64,000 nt of DNA from Elusimicrobiota bacterium (GCA_012517285.1 JAAYVG010000026.1:13408-77407); one strand, 5' to 3'; counted from the first letter of the stretch, positions 27,315-36,402 are shown. The notes: generated from the sequence alone by a model not told the origin. Program-made: numbers and translations.

Positions 27315-28127
27315 CTATTCAGTTAATATCTTAAAAAATCTTCCACCACGTATTGAACTAAGTTTTTCATTTATTCTCTTAATATAAAATTGTGTCTCAG
27401 GATTTGTGCTATCTACTTCAATTATTTTTTTAAAAAGTTTTTCTGATTCAAAGTATTTTTCCTGAGTATATGATAGGTATGCCTTGTTGCTTATCTGAAT
27501 TAAAATAGTTATTTGATTTTCCATCCTTAATATTTTTTCTATTTCATCAGATATATCCTTGCTAATATCTACTGATTTGATATCCTTTAATGAAGAAACC
27601 TTCAGTTCTAAATTTTTATTTAATTTTTCAACAAGCTTCTTTTGAGGTTCTTTTATAACATCCTTAAACTCATTTTCAAAATCTGAAAATACTGGAGACT
27701 TAGATAAAAAATCATAGTATTTTACAAGACATTTATTTATATCCTTTTCTTTGATTATATAATCTGATGTCTCATATGACATTTCTTTCCAGCCTTTTTT
27801 TATCTTATTTTTTTCAAATAACATTAAATCTAACTCTTCCTTTATCCTCGTTGCTTCTCTAAATATCTCTTCAGCTGTTCTTGTTGCTTTCTCTTTTTCT
27901 TCTGCTAATAATCTATTTATTGTTTTATCCAAATATTCTTTTGCCTCATTATTATCAGGGTCCATAGTTAAAACGCTCATAAATCCCTCAAGTGCTTTAT
28001 CATTCTTGTTTTCGTTGTAATATCCCAAGCTCTGATAAAATATTATCTGAGACTGTGGGTTTGTTTCATCAGAAAAAAGATGTGGCGAAGACAATATAAT
28101 AAATATTTTGAGAATTAATTGTATCAT
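27315..28127 (-). CDS. Secreted TPR/coiled-coil hypothetical protein
   Basis: Signal-like N-terminus with TPR-like units at both ends (ALEGFMSVLTMDPDNNEAKEYL; SEKLFKKIIEVDSTNPETQFYI). Confidence 0.4.
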   Translation of the reverse strand: MIQLILKIFIILSSPHLFSDETNPQSQIIFYQSLGYYNENKNDKALEGFMSVLTMDPDNNEAKEYLDKTINRLLAEEKEKATRTAEEIFREATRIKEELDLMLFEKNKIKKGWKEMSYETSDYIIKEKDINKCLVKYYDFLSKSPVFSDFENEFKDVIKEPQKKLVEKLNKNLELKVSSLKDIKSVDISKDISDEIEKILRMENQITILIQISNKAYLSYTQEKYFESEKLFKKIIEVDSTNPETQFYIKRINEKLSSIRGGRFFKILTE

Positions 28128-28135
28128 AGAATATA

Positions 28136-29296
28136 TTATCTGATTGTATCAATCATATCCTTTGATTTTTCCATAAGCCTTAATGCATCGCGGTTCTTCG
28201 GATCTAATTTGAGTGCTTCATTGAGCTCAACTATTGCATCATAGTATCTGTTTTGTCCCATATACTCCTTAGCCTTTTCTATATGCCATACTGCATTCTC
28301 TTCCTCAGGGGTTAGATGAGGGGTCACATCAATAGGTGAGCCAAACTTCATAGATAGTGATATCCTGTGTGTGAGGTCAAAATCCCCATAACTTGTAAGT
28401 GCGTAATCAATTTTAATAAGCTTTAGATTAAATCCTGCTCCAAATCTAAACTTTCCTATCCCCTTATCAGTCATATCATTTTCATTTAAAAATCCAAATC
28501 TAAAGGCCACTATATTTTTTAATATGTATTCAATACCAAATGAGTATCCTGTGTCATCATCGCTCGGTTTTCTTAGATCAAAAGCAAGGGCTAATGGATC
28601 TCCAAAAAGCGTTGTAGTGTAGCCTATTCCTCCTCTATAAATCGTTGGTGCAGGATCCTGTTCAGTGTCAAACTTGAATCCATTGCTATTAGGAAGTGAT
28701 GATGCTGATGCTCCTATTGAAAATCTTCCACCACCTGCTGGTAAAACCCAGAGAGCGCCTAAATCAAACAATGTTGTATTTGCTGAAACAGTATCCAATT
28801 TTTCCTTCGCATATTTTACACCAGCACCCATAAACAAACCATTTCTCAGATCATTCCACGGGCCAAACAACCTTCTTGAATAAAGCAGTGAGATAACCAT
28901 ATCGCTTGATTCCACATCTCCCATCGGAGTTTCAAAATTATCATAACCATCAAATGATTCAACCTGAAGCATTGATATAGAAGCTGCCAAAACTCCATTC
29001 TTATCAAACGGGTGTGCGTATGCTAACTGCTGCATCGCTATATCCTCAAACCATGATGTATATACAAAGCCAATCTCCTTGTATCTTAAACTTGAAAGTG
29101 TTGCAGGGTTTAGCGAGACTGATGCCAATATGTCTCCACCAATAGCAACACCAGAATCCCCCATAGCGGCAGCCCTCGGGCTCTGAACAACCCTCATAAA
29201 AACCCCGCCATCCTCTCCACTCCCACATAGAGCATATATATTGCTGAATGGGGTTGATATAAAAATGATAGCCGATAGTGTAATAAATTTTTTCAT
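28136..29296 (-). CDS. PorV/PorQ-like outer-membrane beta-barrel protein with C-terminal TPR
   Basis: The N-terminal FMRVVQSPRAAAMGDSGVAIGGDILASVSLNPATLSSL matches the PorV/PorQ family opening motif. Alternating beta-strand pattern. The C-terminus reads YYDAIVELNEALKLDPKNRDAL (TPR). Confidence 0.6.
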   Translation of the reverse strand: MKKFITLSAIIFISTPFSNIYALCGSGEDGGVFMRVVQSPRAAAMGDSGVAIGGDILASVSLNPATLSSLRYKEIGFVYTSWFEDIAMQQLAYAHPFDKNGVLAASISMLQVESFDGYDNFETPMGDVESSDMVISLLYSRRLFGPWNDLRNGLFMGAGVKYAKEKLDTVSANTTLFDLGALWVLPAGGGRFSIGASASSLPNSNGFKFDTEQDPAPTIYRGGIGYTTTLFGDPLALAFDLRKPSDDDTGYSFGIEYILKNIVAFRFGFLNENDMTDKGIGKFRFGAGFNLKLIKIDYALTSYGDFDLTHRISLSMKFGSPIDVTPHLTPEEENAVWHIEKAKEYMGQNRYYDAIVELNEALKLDPKNRDALRLMEKSKDMIDTIR

Positions 29297-30678
29297 TTTA
29301 TCACCATAAGCTTACCTGTTTTTCTGTTATCACCAGAGACAACTTCCCATATATAAACACCGCTTGCAACAATATTGCCACTATCATTTTTTAAATTCCA
29401 TTTAACTTCACTGTTAGCATCTATATTTGATTCAATATCAATCTTTCTTACAAGATCCCCTGCTATAGTATATAGCTTTATAGTTCCAATACCTGGACAG
29501 TTTGCAAATCTTATACCATCGGCCCAGCTTCCGTATCTGTTAGGATTTCCCGCATTTGGCCTGAAAGGCACAGGATAGGCTATCACATCTGAGACATCTG
29601 TTGCAACCTTTGGAAACATCGCATATATGGTAAACTCATTTCCACGTGCAGATAATTCTTTGTTTGAAGTGTCTATATCATAATAAGGTAACTTAACCCA
29701 TCTATTCTTTGTTTTATCCAGTTTCCATAGTGAAAGATTGGAAGCCTTCGCCAATGGAAATAATCCATCTAACAAACCATTGTTGTCATTATCTTCATAA
29801 TCTGTTTTTATTGTAACAGGATACTTATCTGATTGGCCTGTGAAAGGATATGATGTTATCTCATTTCCATCCATGTTATAGGGAGTTATCTTTAGATATT
29901 TTACAGGTTCTTTTATGAGTGAGTTTGAGACCAAAAGCTTAGAGTTTGCCTCATCTATATCATCTGATTTTACAATAGTTGAAATAACAACAAAGTAATC
30001 GTTGCTTGATGGAGATTCCTTTAATGTAATCCTTGTCTTATCATTTATAAGAACAACAGTGCTTGTATTAGATGTGTCAAGTATAACAGAAAAATAAAAG
30101 GTTTGTGGTTTTTCAAGAGGTTCATTGTTTATGTCAGTTATACCTGTTGAAAAATAAGCTGAATAAAGTGATCCCTTTTTCCATTCTGCAGGTTTAAACT
30201 CAAGGTTGGTGCTATCTATCATATTATAATTTACGGCGATAGTTGAGTTTATTTGTGCACCAGTATAATCATATAATTCTGTGATCACAGTGTTTGATGA
30301 TATAGATTCAGTTGCTGCTTCATCAGTCAACACCGCCAAAACAGGTTGAGTCTGACGAACTCCCCACAGCTGTGGTGGAATTGATGTGGTTATGGTGTTT
30401 GTGGATGTTATATGATCTATACTTAGACCTGATGTCAGTATTATTGAAAGGTAGCCGGATAATACAGAATGTGAAGATGTGAAAAGCTCTTTTGTACTTG
30501 CAATTGGTTCGCCAAACGTATTTGAAATTTCACATCCTCCGCTAGATATAGATACCTCCCCGCTTGCTGTTTGAATATTTTTTAACAACTCAATGCTAGC
30601 ATATGATTGATTTGATATAAAAAACAAGATCATCATAGTTGTCATAGAAACTAAAAAAAGTCTTTTAATTTTTTTCAT
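29293..30678 (-). CDS. Secreted protein with T9SS-type (Por_Secre_tail / FlgD-Ig-like) C-terminal sorting domain
   Basis: Signal peptide and an SbsA-Ig-like segment. C-terminus AYPVPFRPN...IKLYTIAGDLVRKI...WNLKNDSGNIVASGVYIWEVVSGDNRKTGKLMVIK is typical of T9SS CTDs. Overlaps the PorV-like gene by 4 nt. Confidence 0.65.
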   Translation of the reverse strand: MKKIKRLFLVSMTTMMILFFISNQSYASIELLKNIQTASGEVSISSGGCEISNTFGEPIASTKELFTSSHSVLSGYLSIILTSGLSIDHITSTNTITTSIPPQLWGVRQTQPVLAVLTDEAATESISSNTVITELYDYTGAQINSTIAVNYNMIDSTNLEFKPAEWKKGSLYSAYFSTGITDINNEPLEKPQTFYFSVILDTSNTSTVVLINDKTRITLKESPSSNDYFVVISTIVKSDDIDEANSKLLVSNSLIKEPVKYLKITPYNMDGNEITSYPFTGQSDKYPVTIKTDYEDNDNNGLLDGLFPLAKASNLSLWKLDKTKNRWVKLPYYDIDTSNKELSARGNEFTIYAMFPKVATDVSDVIAYPVPFRPNAGNPNRYGSWADGIRFANCPGIGTIKLYTIAGDLVRKIDIESNIDANSEVKWNLKNDSGNIVASGVYIWEVVSGDNRKTGKLMVIK

Positions 30679-30733
30679 ACCTTCCTTGTTTCCTTTCTAA
30701 AAAACCCTTTAAAAAATAAAAAAATCCACTATA

Positions 30734-30756
30734 ATAGGGTTCACTGAAAAAGTCTA
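30734..30756. repeat. Left arm of perfect 23-bp inverted repeat
   Basis: ATAGGGTTCACTGAAAAAGTCTA is the exact reverse complement of 30994-31016. The match extends to 27 bp with one mismatch. Confidence 0.9.
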
Positions 30757-30993
30757 TTTGAGCAATAAAGCAATGATTTTCGTTATGAGGCGAGGAAGGA
30801 CGAGCGAGCATACTACAAAGTAGTCTGTAAGCGAGTTCTGACGAAGCCGTAGTAGAAAAGCATTATCTTTATTGCCAAAAGAAAGACAAAAAAAGTGCAA
30901 GGTTTTTGAAACATTACCCTAAAAATAGTGCACTTTCAAAACAATAATCTACTATAATCAAGACAATTATTCATTGGAAAAATTATCTTTCGT

Positions 30994-31016
30994 TAGACTT
31001 TTTCAGTGAACCCTAT
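30994..31016. repeat. Right arm of perfect 23-bp inverted repeat
   Basis: TAGACTTTTTCAGTGAACCCTAT. The arms are separated by 237 bp, which contain a further ~20-bp imperfect hairpin (30762-30781 / 30856-30876). Confidence 0.9.
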
Positions 31017-31508
31017 AATATACATTATAGCAGACAAATTGTTTGTAATCAATCTGTATTGCCGGGCAGATTTTATTTCTTAGAGAGCGTAAATGAGCAA
31101 AGCAGTTAAATTGCATAAATAACTAAAAGGAGCATATCCTTGATATGTTCTGCTTTTTCAGTCTGGGATCTCTTCCAGAATAGTAAATAAAGACGCTAAA
31201 AAAGTCTCTGTGGTATAAGCAAAGTGACCGAAGCGGTACTTGGAGTTTAACCCTGTTTTGTAACCATTATGTAGTTTATTAGTTTATTTGTGGAATTTAT
31301 TATCTTTCCCCAGTTTTCATCTTTTCTTGAATAGTCCTTTGAAGAATAAGAAATATTATATTTTTTGTTTATTTTTTTCTTTATTAACTCTTTATACATA
31401 GCCGCCCCCATATATAAATATTATAGAATATAAAATTATAATATACAAAGAGCATTGGTTCTATAGTAAAGTGGGGCATATGACCTATGGTTTTATTTAA
31501 GAACTCTA

Positions 31509-31537
31509 TTGACATTTTAAATTATTGAGTATAAACT
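31509..31537 (+). promoter_or_regulatory. Promoter of pilin operon: TTGACA - 17 nt - TAAACT, 8 nt before ATG 31546
   Basis: Perfect -35 at 31509-31514 and -10 at 31532-37. No SD before 31546. Confidence 0.5.
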
Positions 31538-31545
31538 GTATTAAT

Positions 31546-34062
31546 ATGATAAAAAGAGTTGCATTTACATTAACAGAATTGATGGTGAGTGTGGTTGTTA
31601 TATCTGTTTTTATAGTTGTTGCTGTTGAGTCTTTTAAGTATATTCAGAGGGGGATACAGTTTTCAAAGGACAGAACAATAGCTATTAATTTGGCTCAGGA
31701 AAAGATGCAGATAGTCAAGCAAAAACTTTATTATAAGGTTGTCTCATCAACATATACTGATTATTTAGATGATTTTAATCCTTCTATTCCATATGACACA
31801 TATTATTTTCCACCTGAAAATATTCTGGAAGCAGGGGTTCAATATACAAGATATACTTATATAATTCCTGTTGTGGAAAGTGGGGGGCAGATAGTAGAAT
31901 TGCCTCCTCAAACACCTGATACAGGGATGAAAAAGATAACAGTGACAGTTGTCTGGAAAAACAATAATGAAAAGAAAAAAGTTCAGATATCAAATATATA
32001 TACCAATAGGGATACAGCTATGTCAAACTCGGCTATTACAGGATCTATCAAGGATTCATATTCATTTGTGCCTATTCCCGGTGCCATGATAAACATAGCT
32101 GAGTATATGGGAGTAAGAGGTGTAAGTGACTCTAATGGTAATTATCTTATTGATATGACTCCTGGCAATTATACATTATATATTGAGGCAAGGGGCTATT
32201 TCCCGTATTTAGGAATGTTTTCTGTTGGTCCCAATCAAACACTTACTCAAAATGTTTTACTTACAAAGATGGCTTCCGGTGAGATAAGGGGCTATCCATG
32301 GATAAGGGATCATTTGGTCATAAGTCAAGTAGTTGGTTCTACTGTAAATCCTTCAGGGTTTGATCAGGAGTATATTGAGATATTTAATCCAACTACATAT
32401 ACATGGCTGGTTAATGGAAATGTTGGTTTAAAGTTTCAAAGAATATATGATAACGAAAAAAAAATTATACAGATAGATTATATAAATAATTCAATATCTT
32501 CTGGCGGATTTTATCTTTTTGCAAACACATCCCCTGTTATTATAAATCAAATACCTGTATATGCTGATGCTGTTTGGTCAGATTCAAATTCATCATCAGA
32601 TTTTCCATACTTTAATCCTGGGTATAATATAATACCTGTTTTTGGCGATGGTCCTGATGAGGGAGGTGGAGCTGTAGAACTATATGATATATTGAGCAGT
32701 AAAACCATTGATTCTGTTGGCTGGAACAGAAACAATGGGGCAAGCGGTAAGAAACAAGCTCCTTTTTATGAAGGTTCTGCTATATCTCAGGATATAGGCC
32801 TTCAGATAGCTGAACAGTATGTAAGATATTCATCAACCAATGGTCCAAGTATTGCATATGGGCCATCATATGATTCAAACAATAATAGTGTGGATTTCTA
32901 TGATTATACATCAGGGATATCAGTTTCTCCAAACAATTCATCATCACCGTCTAAAACAGTTGTATCTGCAACACCTGCTTATGGAGCGATTGTAGGGTGT
33001 AATGATGGCTTTTCTATTTCGACGAATGCTTATACTGTTGGTAACCCACCATATTCATATTTTGATTTAACTCAAATAGCAACCGGGACATGGAGCTGTT
33101 CTATATCAAGCAATACATATGGAGTTGTGATGGATACAATAACAATTAGCTCGGGTTCTATAACTTCATTGAACTCGGTATTTCTTGATACTCAGATAAC
33201 ATGGGGTTATGTAAGCGGTATGGTAACTGATGTATTCGGGGCAAATATAACACCGGCCATAAAAGTTATTTCTGATTCTGGAAGCTCTGCCTATGTAGCT
33301 TCAAACAAAAGATATATGCTTAATGTTTCAACTGGTATGGTTAATGTAACTGTTAACCCTAACAATCTTGACACGAGATATGTTTCAATATCGTCATCTG
33401 GAATAAATGTACTCCCTGGAGAAATAAACAGCAGTGTAGATTTCGTCCTGTTTCAGGGTGGAAGGATAAGTGGTTATGTAACAATTGCTGGTAGTACTGT
33501 CCCCTTAGGAGGAGTTGCTGTTGCTATCTATGATAGTTATGATACTCTAAGGGATGAGCAGATAACAGCTAACAATGGTAGATTTATAACAAATGTCCTG
33601 AGCACTGGAACTTATGTCGTTGAACCTATGGTTGACTCAAAAGAAAATGTGAATCCATCAACAGCAACTGTTACTATAGCAACAGCAGGGAGTACAGTAT
33701 TCTCTACAACCTTTACTGTTTCAAGCTCGCTTGGCTATGTTAAGGGAAGTGTAAAATTTCATGGAAATATTGTTAAAAGTGGTGCCCTTATTTTAGTCAC
33801 AACCGTAACATTAACTGGAACACCACCAGCTCCTCCAATCCTTAGTTCACAAACAATCACAGGAGCACCATACTATATGGCATCCTCATATGAGGATGGG
33901 AGCTATTCTGTTGAGGTAAGACAATCAACAAATCCTAAGTATAATGTTTATTCCTATTATCCAGATTTGAATGGTTCTACTTTTACAATATATTGGAGTT
34001 CAAAAAACAATATCAGTGTCTTAGGCGGTCAGAGCGTTGGAGGTATTGATTTTTCATGGTAA
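31546..34062 (+). CDS. Modular type IV pilin-like protein: prepilin N-terminus + CarboxypepD_reg-like domains + lamin-tail (LTD) domain
   Basis: MIKRVA/FTLTELMVSVVVISVF is a prepilin cleavage/methylation motif with Glu5. CarboxypepD_reg-like ITGSIKD...SDSNGNYLIDMTPGNYTLYIEARGY recurs three more times. LTD-like ISQVVGS...DQEYIEIFNPT...GGAVELYD...IDSVGW. ATG 31546 is preferred over the track's TTG at 31525. Confidence 0.65.
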   Translation: MIKRVAFTLTELMVSVVVISVFIVVAVESFKYIQRGIQFSKDRTIAINLAQEKMQIVKQKLYYKVVSSTYTDYLDDFNPSIPYDTYYFPPENILEAGVQYTRYTYIIPVVESGGQIVELPPQTPDTGMKKITVTVVWKNNNEKKKVQISNIYTNRDTAMSNSAITGSIKDSYSFVPIPGAMINIAEYMGVRGVSDSNGNYLIDMTPGNYTLYIEARGYFPYLGMFSVGPNQTLTQNVLLTKMASGEIRGYPWIRDHLVISQVVGSTVNPSGFDQEYIEIFNPTTYTWLVNGNVGLKFQRIYDNEKKIIQIDYINNSISSGGFYLFANTSPVIINQIPVYADAVWSDSNSSSDFPYFNPGYNIIPVFGDGPDEGGGAVELYDILSSKTIDSVGWNRNNGASGKKQAPFYEGSAISQDIGLQIAEQYVRYSSTNGPSIAYGPSYDSNNNSVDFYDYTSGISVSPNNSSSPSKTVVSATPAYGAIVGCNDGFSISTNAYTVGNPPYSYFDLTQIATGTWSCSISSNTYGVVMDTITISSGSITSLNSVFLDTQITWGYVSGMVTDVFGANITPAIKVISDSGSSAYVASNKRYMLNVSTGMVNVTVNPNNLDTRYVSISSSGINVLPGEINSSVDFVLFQGGRISGYVTIAGSTVPLGGVAVAIYDSYDTLRDEQITANNGRFITNVLSTGTYVVEPMVDSKENVNPSTATVTIATAGSTVFSTTFTVSSSLGYVKGSVKFHGNIVKSGALILVTTVTLTGTPPAPPILSSQTITGAPYYMASSYEDGSYSVEVRQSTNPKYNVYSYYPDLNGSTFTIYWSSKNNISVLGGQSVGGIDFSW

Positions 34063-34580
34063 AAATAATAAAAAATAAATATAAAAACATAAAAAGAAGG
34101 GCTACAACTCTTAGTGAGTTGATGGCTGTGGTGGTGATAATGTCAATACTTGTGGCTGTTGGCGTGCCTGTACTTAATACAGTAAACCAGAATATAATGA
34201 TGTCAAAGACAAGGCTATCACTCCAGCAGGATGCGAGGAATATAATGTTTTTAATAACAAGGGTTACAAGGGAGGCAAAGGCTTCTACTGTTTCTATATC
34301 AAGATACAACACGTCCGAGCCTTTTTATTCAAAGATAAATTTTACTACTATTGATAACAGAAATTATCAGTTTTATCAGAATGGAACAAATCTTTTTATG
34401 GTTGATAATGGAAGGACAAGGGTTTTAACATCAGATTTAAGATATTTAGCATTTACTTTCCCTGAGTCAAGCAATCTTGGAATAATCTCTATTTCTATAA
34501 CACTTGAAAAGAATCTGTTCAGTGGTAAAAGAAAGGCTTTACATATGGCTTCTGAAAAGGTTAGAATAATGAACGAATGA
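34056..34580 (+). CDS. Pseudopilin / minor pilin (prepilin-type N-terminal domain)
   Basis: KRRA/TTLSELMAVVVIMSILVAVGVP is a methylation-motif-type hydrophobic helix with Glu5. GspH/FimT-like size. Overlaps the upstream gene by 7 nt. Confidence 0.7.
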   Translation: MVKIIKNKYKNIKRRATTLSELMAVVVIMSILVAVGVPVLNTVNQNIMMSKTRLSLQQDARNIMFLITRVTREAKASTVSISRYNTSEPFYSKINFTTIDNRNYQFYQNGTNLFMVDNGRTRVLTSDLRYLAFTFPESSNLGIISISITLEKNLFSGKRKALHMASEKVRIMNE

Positions 34581-34619
34581 AAATAGTCGTCAGCCATCAG
34601 ACTTACACGATTGGCGGGC

Positions 34620-34753
34620 ACTGATCACTGTTTTGTTTTGCTGATCACTGATCACTGACCACTGTTTTTGTTTTGCTGACCACTGATCACTGACCACTGT
34701 CCACTAATTAAGTTTTGCTGACCACTGATCACTGACCACTGTCCACTAATTAA
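34620..34753 (+). repeat. Tandem repeat built from CACTGAY/CACTGTN heptamers (two perfect 42-bp units plus one shorter variant)
   Basis: 34670-34711 and 34712-34753 are identical (GTTTTGCTGACCACTGATCACTGACCACTGTCCACTAATTAA). The variant unit begins near 34634. The array ends at the AAGGAGG RBS of the PilX-like gene. Confidence 0.9.
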
Positions 34754-34762
34754 GGAGGCGAG

Positions 34763-36199
34763 ATGAGAAAAGGTTTTATTTTGCCAATGTTTGTAAGCAT
34801 AATGGTTATTTTTTTTATAATAGTGCCTGTTATATTAAACTGGGTTAGCGAGGATACAAAGAGTACCGTGAGTGAACAGAAGAAATCTATTGCTTTTAAC
34901 TTAGCAGAGGCTGCTGTTGAAAGGGGATACTGGAAGGTTAAAAGTTCAACCTCTACATTTGAAAGTGTTATTATGGGTGGAACTCTGGTCGGTTATAACT
35001 TTGATACTGTCTATAACGATATTCAGGGTGGAAGCTACAGAATTAAGATATCATCAGGACCACTCTCAAGGCAGGTAACAATAATAGGTGAAGGAAGGGA
35101 TAACTCAACTAAAGAGAAAAGGGCAGTTAAGGTGATTTATCAAAATCAAACAATCACTGGTGCTATGATAAGCGGTTCAAAAATAACGCCAAGTGATAAA
35201 ACAACTTTTCACTGGGGACCAATACTTGGCTGGGGTGAGATAAATCTAAGTGGTGGTGCAGGAAATGTTTATTATCCGAGAAAGTTTTCAAAGCAACTAG
35301 TAAGACCGAGGGATAACAGCTTAAATCCTCCAAATACAGATAATCTGGAGTGGTGGTCTGCCTATGATGTTCCTGAACTTCCTCAGTTTGATTTTGCGAC
35401 TATTCGCTCATCTGCTATGGCAAATGGTACTCTTAACTGTGGTGGATTCAACAATTATATATATCCAAATAGTTCAAATGGATACACGCTTAGCTGTAAC
35501 TGTAGTGGTGACAAAAAAAAATGCTGTGCCGATAGAGATAAGTGTAAGATTAAGAATATATATGCCGATAGAAGATATAACAAGGGGCTTTTGTGGTATT
35601 GGGATCCTGGAAAATCAGTTTATATTGATAACAGCGGGACGAAGGGCTCTTTTTTTGTAAGGGGTGATCTTACGATTAGTGGTGATGACTGCTATGGACC
35701 ATGGTATAAAACAAATGGTTATGACCCTTATGGAGGATATCATACCTGTGCTGGAGGACCTTCTTCTGATACTGGACCTGGTGCGTTGTTTGTAGATGTC
35801 CCAAAGACTGCATACTTGGAGTATCAAAAGATAGATACATCCTTATCAAATCAATATGCTGCCGATTTGGATTTGAGTTCATCAGCTGCGGTATATCAGA
35901 TTGGAGCATGTAATAAATCACATTATTATGACTGTGGTAGTAGCTGCGAAGAAGGTTGTGAAAGAGGGGCAAGTGGTGATGATATTGGGCTTGATGGCTT
36001 TTTATATGTAGGTGGTGTTCTTAAAATAACATCTGCCTTTGATATGTATGGTGCGGTATGGGTTGTTGGAAAGGTTGAAACCACAGGAAGTAATAATGTT
36101 TCTGTATTTTTTAATGAAAACTTAGATCTTCCAACTCTTAATGTAGTGCTTATAAGAAAAAGTTGGGAAGAGATACAACCATCATCTTCAATATGGTAG
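34763..36199 (+). CDS. PilX-N-like pilus-associated protein, Cys-rich
   Basis: AAGGAGG RBS. N-terminal hydrophobic helix (MRKGFILPMFVSIMVIFFII) followed by AFNLAEAAVERGYWKV, which resembles PilX_N. Many Cys in the C-terminal half. Confidence 0.45.
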   Translation: MRKGFILPMFVSIMVIFFIIVPVILNWVSEDTKSTVSEQKKSIAFNLAEAAVERGYWKVKSSTSTFESVIMGGTLVGYNFDTVYNDIQGGSYRIKISSGPLSRQVTIIGEGRDNSTKEKRAVKVIYQNQTITGAMISGSKITPSDKTTFHWGPILGWGEINLSGGAGNVYYPRKFSKQLVRPRDNSLNPPNTDNLEWWSAYDVPELPQFDFATIRSSAMANGTLNCGGFNNYIYPNSSNGYTLSCNCSGDKKKCCADRDKCKIKNIYADRRYNKGLLWYWDPGKSVYIDNSGTKGSFFVRGDLTISGDDCYGPWYKTNGYDPYGGYHTCAGGPSSDTGPGALFVDVPKTAYLEYQKIDTSLSNQYAADLDLSSSAAVYQIGACNKSHYYDCGSSCEEGCERGASGDDIGLDGFLYVGGVLKITSAFDMYGAVWVVGKVETTGSNNVSVFFNENLDLPTLNVVLIRKSWEEIQPSSSIW

Positions 36200-36280
36200 T
36201 TGGAGCACTTGAAAAGTTATCTAGTTGTTTAGTTATCTGGTTGTTTAATGGAAACAGAAGTTAGAACTTGCCTGCCGAAA

Positions 36281-36402
36281 CCTAAATAACTAAACAACCA
36301 GATAACGAGATGACTAAATAACCAATTAGTCCGTTTTCTGTCCCTGCCTGCGCCGAAGCGGCTTCGGCAGGCAGGATCTGACTTCTGACATCTGTCTTCA
36401 TC
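36281..36402 (-). repeat. Composite intergenic element, copy E1 (heptamers / 33-nt GC palindrome / heptamers / mini-palindrome)
   Basis: Its reverse complement aligns with 52885-52998, with 2 substitutions over about the first 100 nt and one heptamer-unit indel. The palindrome is at 36343-36375. Confidence 0.9.

Noticed and set aside
31026-31160. A possible ~140-nt sRNA running from the right IR arm's TATAAT to a hairpin plus T run at 31129-31158.
   Set aside because: The -35/-10 spacing is only 15 nt. The terminator stem has just two G-C pairs and two G-U pairs. There is no conservation evidence. I kept it only as a remark inside a low-interest finding.
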